Assembly (NCBI GenBank): GCA_050014375.1
Contig: JBEKDM010000002.1
Span: forward strand, 1 to 41,705
Direction of reading: 5' to 3'
Source of the DNA: Methanomassiliicoccales archaeon
GTDB taxonomy: Archaea > Thermoplasmatota > Thermoplasmata > Methanomassiliicoccales > UBA472
DNA length: 41,705 bases
Below, piece by piece: positions 23,390 to 32,421 of this stretch (position 1 is the stretch's first letter; each line of letters begins with the position of its first letter). Position numbers and translations under genes: made by a program. The notes beneath the pieces are model-generated. The model was not told the origin of the DNA and made no database searches. It saw only the letters and a program-made list of their open reading frames with translations.

Positions 23390-24406
23390 ATGGAAGGGGA
23401 TGCGCTGGAAGTGAGACTTTGCCCTGGAGGCCAGGGCGTGGAGCTCCAGATGGGCGAGACCAAGTTCTTCTTCGACCCCAGGAGCACCCCCGACGGAGGA
23501 GTGCATTGCATCTCCCATGCGCACTCGGACCATTTGCCGAGCGCCACCAAGAAGCTTGAGGGGCGGTCCATCGTTTGCTCGCCCATTACCGCCACGCTCG
23601 CATCGAAACGGCTCAAGCGACCGCTCATCAAGCCCATCGTAGCATCAACCCATCCGGACGTGGAGATGCTCAACGCTGGCCACATCGCCGGCTCCAATAT
23701 GTTCCTGGTCAAGGGCGGGAGGACCGTCCTGTACACCGGTGACATGAGCACCCGCGATCGGTTCGGCATCGAAGGGGCCAGGCCGATCAAGACCGACGTA
23801 CTGATCATCGAGTCCACCTACGGCGACCCGTCGTACAAGTTCCCGGCCACCGATAAGATCGCCCGGGTCATCAAGGACTGGGTGGAGGACTCCATGTCCA
23901 GCGGTTACTCTACTGCGCTTTTCGCTTATCCGTTGGGCAAGTCACAAGAACTGATCCGGATGCTGAGCGAGTTCGAGCCGTTCATCGAGGGCAGCGTGCT
24001 AGAGTGCACCCGTCACATCGAATCTCATGGCACCGAGTATTGCTATCGACCGTTCGACGCCACGAATGGGCCAGATACCCCATGTGTCATGGTCTGTTCC
24101 ACCAATGCTAAAAACGGTCTCACCAGCAGGATGAGACGGGGGCACCTGCGGACCGCCGCTGTATCAGGATGGGCGATCAGTTCGTCCTTCAAGTACCAGA
24201 TGGGAGTGGACGAGGCGTTCCCCTTCTCCGACCACGCTGACTTCGAGGAACTGATCGAGTTCGTCAAGGGTTGCGACCCGGAGGTCGTCTACACGCACCA
24301 TGGTTCTGCCGATACCCTTGCTGAAGAGATCAAAAGACGCCTCGGTATCGAGGCGAAGTCCCTCCTACCGCCCCCGAAACAGCGGCGACTTGGCGACTTC
24401 GAGTAG
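23390..24406 (+). CDS. Compact metallo-beta-lactamase/beta-CASP nuclease (SNM1 / ligase-associated DNA-damage-response exonuclease-like)
   Basis: The MBL motifs are ISHAHSDH, NAGHIAGS and LYTGD. The beta-CASP motifs are A (IIESTYGD), B (FSDHAD) and C (YTHHG). At 338 aa it is much shorter than aCPSF1/2 and has no KH domains. Confidence 0.75.
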   Translation: MEGDALEVRLCPGGQGVELQMGETKFFFDPRSTPDGGVHCISHAHSDHLPSATKKLEGRSIVCSPITATLASKRLKRPLIKPIVASTHPDVEMLNAGHIAGSNMFLVKGGRTVLYTGDMSTRDRFGIEGARPIKTDVLIIESTYGDPSYKFPATDKIARVIKDWVEDSMSSGYSTALFAYPLGKSQELIRMLSEFEPFIEGSVLECTRHIESHGTEYCYRPFDATNGPDTPCVMVCSTNAKNGLTSRMRRGHLRTAAVSGWAISSSFKYQMGVDEAFPFSDHADFEELIEFVKGCDPEVVYTHHGSADTLAEEIKRRLGIEAKSLLPPPKQRRLGDFE

Positions 24407-24430
24407 GCAGTCATGCTGGCAGTCATGCTG
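24407..24430. repeat. Perfect tandem duplication of a 12-mer (GCAGTCATGCTG x2)
   Basis: Read directly from the sequence. It lies immediately after the TAG stop of the beta-CASP gene. Confidence 0.9.
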
Positions 24431-24553
24431 GACTTGTTATTGTCAATGGCAAAGATGGGAGCTGGTCTCATTATCAGTAATGACATTTGTCTAGCAAAAC
24501 TAATAAATACTGAACTTCCTCGAGTTGAATAATATAATAAACAGGGATTTGAA

Positions 24554-24781
24554 ATGAGCGAGACCACATGCAAGTTCGAACGGAGCATATCATTCGATGA
24601 CCTGGAATCTGTCGCATTGAACATCGAGGCGATCCCCTCGATGGTCCCCAGACTTGACCGCATCGGCGTTTCGAAGCCGCAAAAGAATCGGATCAACAAC
24701 AACGTATCAGTGGTCGAGGTCGGGTTCCGGCACTTCCGCAAGGGACAGCTGGACTTCCACGAATACGACCTTTACGAGTGA
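24554..24781 (+). CDS. Hypothetical 75-aa protein
   Basis: An ATG-initiated ORF preceded by AT-rich, TATA-like sequence (24501-24542). It is convergent with cbf5, with a 1-nt spacer. I recognise no family. Confidence 0.4.
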   Translation: MSETTCKFERSISFDDLESVALNIEAIPSMVPRLDRIGVSKPQKNRINNNVSVVEVGFRHFRKGQLDFHEYDLYE

Positions 24782-24782
24782 G

Positions 24783-25760
24783 TCAGCACTGCTGCTTGAC
24801 CCACATCTTCGGGTACGTCCCGGCTGGCATGAAGACCCGGTCTGACCGGACGACGTTCCCTTCTACCGCTTTGAAGATCGATTCTGAATCCATCAATGTG
24901 ACACCGAGGGCCACGCCTTCTCCTTTCTGGGTGAACAATGCGACGGTGGCGCCTTTGGATACACCCGGGTCCAGCCTGATGACGCCGGCAGCCGCCAGGT
25001 CCGCTCCGTGACATATCGCGTCGACCGCGCTGTCCTTGATCACGATCTTCGGAAGCGGATCCAGCAGGAGCTCGAACGGCATGACCATGGCCTTCAGCTG
25101 GGAATCGTCCTTGTCCTCCCTCCAGGCCACGCAGGCATCCTTGAGTTCCTGCAGTGTGACCGAACCGCTCTCGACCAGCGTGCCGGAACGGGTACGCCTC
25201 AATGCCTCCATGTTGGCACCGACGCCCAGCGCCTCGCCGATGTCGACGGCCAACGTCCGGATGTAGGTGCCGGCATCGCATCCGACACGGAACAGGACGT
25301 TCCGTCCTTCTATCTCGATGACATTGATGTAATGTACCCGCCTGATACGCAGCTGTCTTTTGACGGCGGCACGTACCGGCGGAGTCTGGTAGATGTTGCC
25401 GACGAAGGTGGCGATGACCGCCAGGGCCTTCTCCTTGGGAACATCCTTGTGCAATTTGACATGACAGACATACTCCTTGTCGGAGCGAAGCACCAGGTCG
25501 GTAGCGCGCGTCGCCTTGCCGAGGGCAATGGGCAAAACGCCGCTCACATGAGGATCCAACGTTCCACCATGGCCGATCCTCTTGATGCCAAGGATGTCCC
25601 GTACCCAGGCGGTGACCTGGTGAGACGTCGGCCCCTGAACTTTGTCCAAGTCGATTACGCCGGCAGCCAGCAGCTCCTCTATACTGCGCTCGGAAGGCTT
25701 CTTACCGGCTTTGAGCGAGCGCGGTGCGGCGTCCTTTATCAACATGCTTGGGGTTTCCAT
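24783..25760 (-). CDS. cbf5: H/ACA RNP pseudouridine synthase Cbf5 (archaeal TruB) with a C-terminal PUA domain
   Basis: The catalytic motif is GHGGTLDPHVSGVLPIALGKATR. A C-terminal PUA-like region is present. It holds the conserved position downstream of cmk at the end of the ribosomal supercluster. Confidence 0.9.
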   Translation of the reverse strand: METPSMLIKDAAPRSLKAGKKPSERSIEELLAAGVIDLDKVQGPTSHQVTAWVRDILGIKRIGHGGTLDPHVSGVLPIALGKATRATDLVLRSDKEYVCHVKLHKDVPKEKALAVIATFVGNIYQTPPVRAAVKRQLRIRRVHYINVIEIEGRNVLFRVGCDAGTYIRTLAVDIGEALGVGANMEALRRTRSGTLVESGSVTLQELKDACVAWREDKDDSQLKAMVMPFELLLDPLPKIVIKDSAVDAICHGADLAAAGVIRLDPGVSKGATVALFTQKGEGVALGVTLMDSESIFKAVEGNVVRSDRVFMPAGTYPKMWVKQQC

Positions 25761-26284
25761 TCCTCAACCTTCTCGACCATGATGTCGACGATCTGTTCCG
25801 GCGTCTTGTCCGTCGTATCGATTACGACATCGTAAACATCGTCGCTCTTGATATTAATGCCATAGTAGGAGCTGTAACGGACCGCTTCCGAATCCTCCCG
25901 CTCCTTCATCTCCCGTAAGGCGATCTCAAGCTTCTGCCCTTCTCGTTCCACGACGCGCTTCGCCCGGGTCTCCAGGTCGGCGATCAGGAAAAATCTCAGA
26001 GCCGGGATGCCGTTCTTTTGCAGCATGTAGGCGACCAGGCGCCCCTCGAGGATGATGTCCTGATTGTCCCGGGCGATCTCGACCATGCGCTCGTCCAACA
26101 GCCTGTCGAAGCGCATGTCGTGCTCGCACAGCGCGCCGAACTCTGCCAGTGACATCTTATGTTCTTTGGCCATCTCCCGGAAGATGTTGCCGGAGACCAC
26201 CATCCTATAACCTATCCGCTTGGAGAGCAGATTGCATACGGTGGTCTTGCCGGAGCCGATCGGACCGCTGATGGTGATCCTCAT
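25739..26284 (-). CDS. cmk: Cytidylate kinase (archaeal type)
   Basis: The P-loop is ITISGPIGSGKTT. At 181 aa it is typical of archaeal Cmk. The ATG overlaps the stop of the upstream DUF106 gene (ATGA). Confidence 0.85.
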   Translation of the reverse strand: MRITISGPIGSGKTTVCNLLSKRIGYRMVVSGNIFREMAKEHKMSLAEFGALCEHDMRFDRLLDERMVEIARDNQDIILEGRLVAYMLQKNGIPALRFFLIADLETRAKRVVEREGQKLEIALREMKEREDSEAVRYSSYYGINIKSDDVYDVVIDTTDKTPEQIVDIMVEKVEEWKPQAC

Positions 26285-26970
26285 GCTTCTGCTGCCTTGA
26301 GTTCCTTCAGGCGCTTCGCGAACGAGAAGTACCTGAGCGCTCTCGATAGCACCTGGCCGAACGGAATGCTAATTAGAGAATACACCAGAACCCACTGCGG
26401 GAAGATGTATGATGTATTATTGAAGATAGCATAGCTCGACCATGGGACATGGAAGTACATCGTTGGCAGACCGGCTACGAAGACACCGAGGTACGTGAAT
26501 ATCGGGATGACGATGATCATCGATACTGGCAACAGCTTGAACTGGGTGGTGGTCTGCTGCATCGACTTCTGGAGTATCTTCGGCTGTTCGGCCAGGAGCT
26601 TCTTCATCTTGAAGGAGTTGTTATCCTTGCGGGCCTCACGCAGTTCCTTGTTGAACGCCGAGACGATCTTCTGGCTCCTCGCCTGCTCCACGTAATCGGT
26701 GAACAGATGACGGACCACGATGGTGAGCGCGGCCATAAGCAGACCGGTGAAGACCAATGTGATGATCGGATACTGGTGGTTGAAAGCGACCAGCGGGTCC
26801 AACGCGTACCCTACGACCGTTCCCAAGGCATGGCTTAGCGTCGGGTCGAAAAGGATGAAGATGGCCAGCACGAAAGTGAAGATGGTGACCATCCGGCCCA
26901 TCCCGCCCTTCGGCTTGGCCGCCGGTGCCGGCGAGGCGACCGGGGTTGGAGAAGCGAGCTTCTCTGCCAT
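26281..26970 (-). CDS. DUF106 membrane protein (EMC3/TMCO1/archaeal YidC-Oxa1-like insertase family)
   Basis: It has three TM helices and the coiled, basic loop FNKELREARKDNNSFKMKKLLAEQPKILQKSMQ. It sits in the conserved location just downstream of secY. Confidence 0.8.
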   Translation of the reverse strand: MAEKLASPTPVASPAPAAKPKGGMGRMVTIFTFVLAIFILFDPTLSHALGTVVGYALDPLVAFNHQYPIITLVFTGLLMAALTIVVRHLFTDYVEQARSQKIVSAFNKELREARKDNNSFKMKKLLAEQPKILQKSMQQTTTQFKLLPVSMIIVIPIFTYLGVFVAGLPTMYFHVPWSSYAIFNNTSYIFPQWVLVYSLISIPFGQVLSRALRYFSFAKRLKELKAAEA

Positions 26971-26971
26971 C

Positions 26972-28561
26972 TCAGTCCTCGCCTCCGAAGAAGCCTCTCA
27001 GCACCGGGTGCATTTCCATCATCTGCTCGCGGCTTATCGCCTCGTAGAACTGGATCATAATGCCCACCGACAGCAACACACCGGTTCCGCTGGCATTACC
27101 GACCGTTCCGATGAGGTCGGCGCCCGCCGCCAGAGCTCCCACTGTCGCACCGGATATCACCGTCACTATCGGAATGTAACGCTCCAACACTCGTTTGAGC
27201 ACCCTTGGATCACGCCGGAACCCGGGTATCTGCAGTCCCGAGGACTCGATCTGTCTCGCCACCGCTTCTGGGCCCATGTTCGTGGTCTGAATCCAGAACT
27301 TGGCGAACAGGATCGATCCCAGCACCATTACGCTGAAGAAGACTATCACGTGCGCTCCCACTTGCCAGGTCGCGTGCCCTAAGGCCAGACTACCGTACCT
27401 ATCTGGGCTGAGTATCGGCAGCAGCCAGTCACCCACCCCTCGTGGAGTGGACAGATACCAGGCGATTCCGCCTGACGGCGTTGTCGATCCAGATGCGAAG
27501 AAGCCGAGCCACCACTGTCCGCCAATGAGCGGAATATGTCGTAGCACGTCGCTATTCCAAAGAAGTAAACTGAACATGCTGACGTTCGCCAGCACCGCGG
27601 CCATCAAGATGACCGGGATGTTCGATGCGTAGATCAGCTTTATCGGATAGCGGCCTCGAGCCCCCCTTGAGGTGCCATGTGCTAATGGCAGCTCTATCCT
27701 GGTGGACTCGATGTAGGACACGAACATGAAGATCACGATCGTTCCCACTAGCGCGATCATCGGATTAGGATTTTGAAGCAATATTCGTTCATACCCGCCA
27801 CTTGCCAGCGACTGTGCCGAGCTGGCATGCAGTATGTAAAGGGTTTTCGGGATGGTCCCGACCGGCGGATTGGTCAGGCTTAGCGGGGATCCTGATGTGT
27901 ACGGCTCCCAATTGACCGTACCAGTGAATATGGCTTGCGCCACGCCCGCAGCGATGAAGAGCGATATCCCACTTCCAATGCCCCATTTGGAGACCACTTC
28001 ATCCATGAGGAACACTAGATAGGATCCGACGAACAGCTCGATGATGATTATTATACGAGCTATGTTGGTGCCGTTGAACAGTCCTGAGGCTCCGAATACC
28101 GTATCCAATCCGCCAATGAAATTGGAGGACGGAACGAGGTAACCGAAGACCTGCGGTACTGCTTCGACTAGGATCATGATTATGACGAGGAACTTCTGCG
28201 TGCTTTGGTATACTGCCTTGTCATCCTTGTTCGTCAGGTCAAGCTTGATGATCTTGGCACCGACGAACAATTGCATGATGATCGACGCAGTGACAATGGG
28301 TCCGATACCGAGGTGCATCAACGAGCCTTGCGCGCCTGCCAGGATGGCCCGGTATTGGGCGAAGATGTCCAGTGTCTGTGTCTGGTCAAGACCATAGATG
28401 AACACGTTGGTCATCACGAAATAGAAGACTAGGATCACGATGACCCATAGCATCTTGGTCCTGAAGTGGACGTGGCCCTCCGGCTTTTTAACAGCCGGTA
28501 GCCTGTCCGTTATTGGCTTTAGCTTGTAAAGCCTGCTCTTCTTTTCTTCCGCCATGTACAT
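26972..28561 (-). CDS. secY: Preprotein translocase subunit SecY
   Basis: It has ten predicted TM segments and LGIGPIVTASIIMQL, and it follows rpl15. The start is the ATG at 28561 or 28555. The longest ORF (to 28609) would overlap rpl15. Confidence 0.93.
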   Translation of the reverse strand: MYMAEEKKSRLYKLKPITDRLPAVKKPEGHVHFRTKMLWVIVILVFYFVMTNVFIYGLDQTQTLDIFAQYRAILAGAQGSLMHLGIGPIVTASIIMQLFVGAKIIKLDLTNKDDKAVYQSTQKFLVIIMILVEAVPQVFGYLVPSSNFIGGLDTVFGASGLFNGTNIARIIIIIELFVGSYLVFLMDEVVSKWGIGSGISLFIAAGVAQAIFTGTVNWEPYTSGSPLSLTNPPVGTIPKTLYILHASSAQSLASGGYERILLQNPNPMIALVGTIVIFMFVSYIESTRIELPLAHGTSRGARGRYPIKLIYASNIPVILMAAVLANVSMFSLLLWNSDVLRHIPLIGGQWWLGFFASGSTTPSGGIAWYLSTPRGVGDWLLPILSPDRYGSLALGHATWQVGAHVIVFFSVMVLGSILFAKFWIQTTNMGPEAVARQIESSGLQIPGFRRDPRVLKRVLERYIPIVTVISGATVGALAAGADLIGTVGNASGTGVLLSVGIMIQFYEAISREQMMEMHPVLRGFFGGED

Positions 28562-28571
28562 CACGGGAGAC

Positions 28572-29000
28572 TTACTGCGGGAGGAGGATATGGCCGCCGG
28601 CCATTTCAACCTTCTGCTTTGCGGTCTCCGTGGCCTCTGCCACCGTGATCTCTACCGCGACATTGATCTTGCCAGAGCCGAGCAGCTTGTCGACACCCAA
28701 CTCCGTTAGGTTGAGGGTATACGTCTCACCCTGCTTCTGGGCCGAGCCGTCCTTGACCAGCTTTTCGACGCTCTGATCGATATCGCAGACGTTCATGGTG
28801 ATCATTGCGGAGACCATCTTCTGTGGCCTCTTGAAGCCATGGCGACCGAAGTGGTCTGGCATGTACTTCAGCATGTGCATTGCCTTGTGCTTGTGCAACC
28901 CGGCGTTGCCCGTACCTCCGTGCTTGCCTGCGCCCCTTCCGCTTTTCTTGCCGCGGCCGTGGGTCCTGCTTCCCCTGAACTTGTCGGTTCTGCTAACCAT
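28572..29000 (-). CDS. rpl15: 50S ribosomal protein uL15
   Basis: It has GSRTHGRGKKSGRGAGKHGGTGNAG and sits between uL30 and secY. Confidence 0.93.
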   Translation of the reverse strand: MVSRTDKFRGSRTHGRGKKSGRGAGKHGGTGNAGLHKHKAMHMLKYMPDHFGRHGFKRPQKMVSAMITMNVCDIDQSVEKLVKDGSAQKQGETYTLNLTELGVDKLLGSGKINVAVEITVAEATETAKQKVEMAGGHILLPQ

Positions 29001-29020
29001 TGGAAATCACCCGGTTATCC

Positions 29021-29485
29021 TTACATCATCCTCTCGATGAGTTCGTTTATTTCCTTGCTGCGGTAGCCCAGGGCACCGCCAGCGTTGTATGCCCGCTTGC
29101 TTCCGCCATACCCCTTCTTCGGGGGTGAGAGACGGAATAACGGCTTGATGTTCTTCATGTCCGAGTACCTGACCTCGCCCTTGGAGATGGCCCGGGCGAA
29201 CGAAATGATCGAGGAGAACTCGATGTTCTCCTTGACCATGGCGTCGTCGATGGGCTTGTCGCCATAGATCCGGCCCCTGAACTTGATCATACGGGCCAAG
29301 GTCTCTTCCGTGACCTCGCCCCAGGTGACGTAGTCCTTCACCTTGAAGAGCATTCCCTGTATGTCCGCCGTCTGCGGCAGCACCACACAGTGGTTGATCC
29401 GAGTTAGGCGGAGCATCTTCATGGTGTCCTCTATGTCCCTGTTAACGCCGGAGTGCCCGCGCACCCTGATGACTGCGAATGCCAT
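29021..29485 (-). CDS. rpl30: 50S ribosomal protein uL30
   Basis: It has AVIRVRGHSGVNRDIEDTMKMLRLTRINH, and the gene order fits. Confidence 0.93.
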   Translation of the reverse strand: MAFAVIRVRGHSGVNRDIEDTMKMLRLTRINHCVVLPQTADIQGMLFKVKDYVTWGEVTEETLARMIKFRGRIYGDKPIDDAMVKENIEFSSIISFARAISKGEVRYSDMKNIKPLFRLSPPKKGYGGSKRAYNAGGALGYRSKEINELIERMM

Positions 29486-29490
29486 TTAAT

Positions 29491-30189
29491 TCACGCTCCC
29501 TTCGCTTCCACCGGGGCCGACGCCGGCTCGACCGACGACTGTGCCACGTGCATCTGGACAGGCCCAGAGACGATCTTGAGCCTCTTTTCCTGGTCCTCGG
29601 TCACGCGTATCTCGGAGGTCTTCTTCAGCGCGTTGTAGGTTGCCTGTGCATAGTTGACGGTGGTCTTGGTGTGGCCCTTGGCGTATCCCCAGGAATCCTT
29701 CACTCCGGCCAGGGTCAGGATGCTCTTGGCGACATCGCCGACGGCCAAAGATATTCCCCTCGGGGCCGGCTTGAGTATGACCTCAACGGACCCGGCCTTC
29801 CCCATTACCTCGAACGGCAATGAGTGAGGGGTACCACAGCCGCATTCCCATGAACCACAGCCGCGCTTTATCTCAATGATGTTCAGCTTGGCGTTGTCGA
29901 TCGCCTTTCGGATCGACGGCCCGACCTCTTTGCCCTTGCAGCGGCCGATGCCGATGAACCCGTCGCCGTTTCCGACCACGCAGGTGATCCTGAACTTGAC
30001 CCTCCTTCCGGAGTCGGTCATCCTCTGCACGATGTTTACGTCGATTACCTCGTCCTTGAGGTCCGGCAGTAGTATGTCCACTATCTCCGCCTCACGCAGC
30101 GGTAGCTTCGTGGCTAGCGCCTGGCTCATGCTGGTGACCTCTCCTGTGAGGACCATCTTGCCGAGCCTGGTCTTTGGAACCCATTCCAT
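29491..30189 (-). CDS. rps5: 30S ribosomal protein uS5
   Basis: It has [28 protein letters not shown], and the gene order fits. Confidence 0.93.
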   Translation of the reverse strand: MEWVPKTRLGKMVLTGEVTSMSQALATKLPLREAEIVDILLPDLKDEVIDVNIVQRMTDSGRRVKFRITCVVGNGDGFIGIGRCKGKEVGPSIRKAIDNAKLNIIEIKRGCGSWECGCGTPHSLPFEVMGKAGSVEVILKPAPRGISLAVGDVAKSILTLAGVKDSWGYAKGHTKTTVNYAQATYNALKKTSEIRVTEDQEKRLKIVSGPVQMHVAQSSVEPASAPVEAKGA

Positions 30190-30190
30190 C

Positions 30191-30691
30191 TTAAGCAGCC
30201 TCCATGCGGTTCTTGACTTCCTGTACTAGTTTCGAGACATCCTCGCCGATGTGTGCCCCGTTCAGCCTGTCAGCGGAAGGGAGAATCTCCTTTCCGTGCG
30301 GAATGGTGACACCTGCGTCGACCAGGCCCTTGAGCGCCGCGAAAACCGCCGCTCCCTTTGCCGGCACCTTGAGCCCGATGTCGAGCACGCACTCAGTGAT
30401 GCCGTTCTTCTTAGCGCGCTTTCCGGCCAAGTAGCCGGTCAGGTAGGCAGCCGGCAAGTTGCCAGTGGCCTTGTTCCAGCCCAGGTCCACTAGCTCGCGC
30501 GAGTGTGCCGTGGCAAGGACCCTGTCTCCGACCGCGTCGTAGGCAATGATCTGTATGCTGGTGTGGCGCAGAGAGTTCCTTACCACTGCCCTCGGGATCC
30601 TTGCCCGGAGTAGCCTGGCCCTCTGCCTGTAGTCTGTCCTGCCCTCTCGCCTGCGGCGGAAGGCGACCTTGTATCTCGGTCCCGTTGCCAT
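30191..30691 (-). CDS. rpl18: 50S ribosomal protein uL18
   Basis: It has [25 protein letters not shown]. The start overlaps the eL19 stop by 1 nt. Confidence 0.93.
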   Translation of the reverse strand: MATGPRYKVAFRRRREGRTDYRQRARLLRARIPRAVVRNSLRHTSIQIIAYDAVGDRVLATAHSRELVDLGWNKATGNLPAAYLTGYLAGKRAKKNGITECVLDIGLKVPAKGAAVFAALKGLVDAGVTIPHGKEILPSADRLNGAHIGEDVSKLVQEVKNRMEAA

Positions 30692-31146
30692 CAGTTATCC
30701 CCCTTGAGGTATCCTGCGGTCTTCAGATGCATCAGGAGATTGTTCCTGCTCTTGAACATGCCGCCCTTGGCCTTCATGTAGAACTCCCTGTAGACCTTCT
30801 TGGTTATTTTCCCCTCGTCGCGGAGCTTTGCCAGCTCAACGCGGATGGGGCGGATCGTCTGGATCCACCTTCTCTTTCTCGGGGTACGGGCACCCGAGGC
30901 GCCCTTCCTGCTGCCCTGTCCACGCCTGCGTCCCTTGGCCTTCTGGGCTGCCATGTATCTGGCCCTGCCTCGAGATACTCCCTTCTGAGGGAGTGCGCGG
31001 ATGGTCCCGGATTCGATGGCCGTCCTTATGTCCGCCCGGGTAATGGCGTCTGCGACATCCTCGATCCTGTTCGGGTCGATCCAGACACGGGAGTGTCCGC
31101 ACTTGAGGATCTCGGCCGCCATGCGCTTTTGATTCTTCAGATCCAT
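30691..31146 (-). CDS. rpl19e: 50S ribosomal protein eL19
   Basis: It has LKNQKRMAAEILKCGHSRVWIDP. This protein is specific to archaea and eukaryotes. Confidence 0.93.
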   Translation of the reverse strand: MDLKNQKRMAAEILKCGHSRVWIDPNRIEDVADAITRADIRTAIESGTIRALPQKGVSRGRARYMAAQKAKGRRRGQGSRKGASGARTPRKRRWIQTIRPIRVELAKLRDEGKITKKVYREFYMKAKGGMFKSRNNLLMHLKTAGYLKGDN

Positions 31147-31161
31147 ATCTTCACGTCCTGA

Positions 31162-31863
31162 TTACCTGTTCAATACGCGGATCTTCAGCTGGTCCGCCTT
31201 CTCTATGATTGTCGCCCTCTTCTTCCCGCCGACAGTGCCGCCGATCCTGGCTGCCTGTGTGTTCGGGTCGATCTTGTCGAGGTTCGACGGGTTGTACACC
31301 AATACTTCTTGGAATCCCGAGGATGCCAATCCACGGACCAGTGCTGGCCCGCGGAATCCGATCGAGACGATTGTCGGCCTGTATTTGTAGTGCCGCCTCA
31401 TCTTCGAGTGCATTCCCCTCGGCTTTCTCCATTTTATGCCGAGCTTTGCATACCGGAACCACTCCTGGCGACGGAACTCCGGCCTGCGCCCAGATACTTC
31501 TGCGCGCTTCTCGAGCATGGCCTTTACCTCGGCGGAGAGAACGGGCTTTATCTTAGTGACGTAAGCGCCTTTCTCCACGATCTCGGCGTCGGCCTCCTCG
31601 ATGATCTCGGTCTTGGACTCCTTTGTGACCAACGCGGTGGACTCTTCCGGAGACTCTTCCATGACCTCGATCCAGTGATCGGCGATCTTGACGCCGACAC
31701 CCTCGAGCTCGTCGACGATCTTCTGCTTCTTCTTGCTCTCCTTCAACGCGGAAAGGAGCTCAGGCAGAGTCGTTATGCCCATCTTCTCGAGCTGGGCGGT
31801 GTACTCCTCGCGGTAGTACGGTAGGTCCGCCAGTTCCTTTATTTCCTTCTTGTTCTTGGCCAT
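31162..31863 (-). CDS. rpl32e: 50S ribosomal protein eL32 with an N-terminal extension of about 110 aa
   Basis: The C-terminal core is RQEWFRYAKLGIKWRKPRGMHSKMR. The N-terminal region is lysine/glutamate-rich with a helix-hairpin-helix-like stretch (MGITTLPELLSAL...LEGVGVKIADHWI). Confidence 0.9.
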   Translation of the reverse strand: MAKNKKEIKELADLPYYREEYTAQLEKMGITTLPELLSALKESKKKQKIVDELEGVGVKIADHWIEVMEESPEESTALVTKESKTEIIEEADAEIVEKGAYVTKIKPVLSAEVKAMLEKRAEVSGRRPEFRRQEWFRYAKLGIKWRKPRGMHSKMRRHYKYRPTIVSIGFRGPALVRGLASSGFQEVLVYNPSNLDKIDPNTQAARIGGTVGGKKRATIIEKADQLKIRVLNR

Positions 31864-32411
31864 TAGATAGACCTCCCCGCCTTCTCAGTGATATATATGC
31901 CATCCTGGAAGACCCTGGGGTCGAATCCCCTGATCTTGGTGGCCCTCTCAATGTTCGCCGCGGTCTGGGAGACCTGTTCCAGGTCAGCTCCGGTGAGCAG
32001 GACATCCGCGCCCGCGACCTTGACCTTGGTCTCTCCAATGATGTTCGCGCTGCGGGCAGCCTTCTCGCCGAGGAAGTTCTCGATGGAGAACTTGTTTCCC
32101 TTCACCGCCGCCTTGATGGGGAAGTGAGAGTAGACGATCTTCATCTTGTACTCATACCCGATCGTGACACCGACGATCATGTTCCTGACGTGGGCCCCGA
32201 ACGTACCGACGATGGCCTTCTCGCGCACCTTCGGCATTTCGCTGCTCACGATCACATGGTTGTCGACGATGGTCATTTTTACCTTGGGGTGGGAGAAGTT
32301 CCTTGACAGTTGACCGTTCTTCCCCTTGAGCGTGATGACCCCGTTTTCCAGGGATACCTTCACGTCCTTAGGAATCTCGATCTTGTCCTCGATGTATCCG
32401 CTTACCGTCAT
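31863..32411 (-). CDS. rpl6: 50S ribosomal protein uL6
   Basis: It has the two-repeat uL6 architecture (IEIPKDVKVSLENGVITLKGKNG). It sits between uS8 and eL32. Confidence 0.92.
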   Translation of the reverse strand: MTVSGYIEDKIEIPKDVKVSLENGVITLKGKNGQLSRNFSHPKVKMTIVDNHVIVSSEMPKVREKAIVGTFGAHVRNMIVGVTIGYEYKMKIVYSHFPIKAAVKGNKFSIENFLGEKAARSANIIGETKVKVAGADVLLTGADLEQVSQTAANIERATKIRGFDPRVFQDGIYITEKAGRSI

Positions 32412-32421
32412 CTCTTTTCCC

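Noticed and set aside
23146-23817. 223-aa minus-strand ORF spanning the ACT and beta-CASP genes
   Set aside because: It crosses an intergenic region and two well-supported plus-strand genes. It has no recognisable domain.
25008-25835. 275-aa plus-strand ORF antisense to cbf5
   Set aside because: cbf5 carries its catalytic motif and PUA domain on the minus strand. The antisense product has no motifs and a biased composition.
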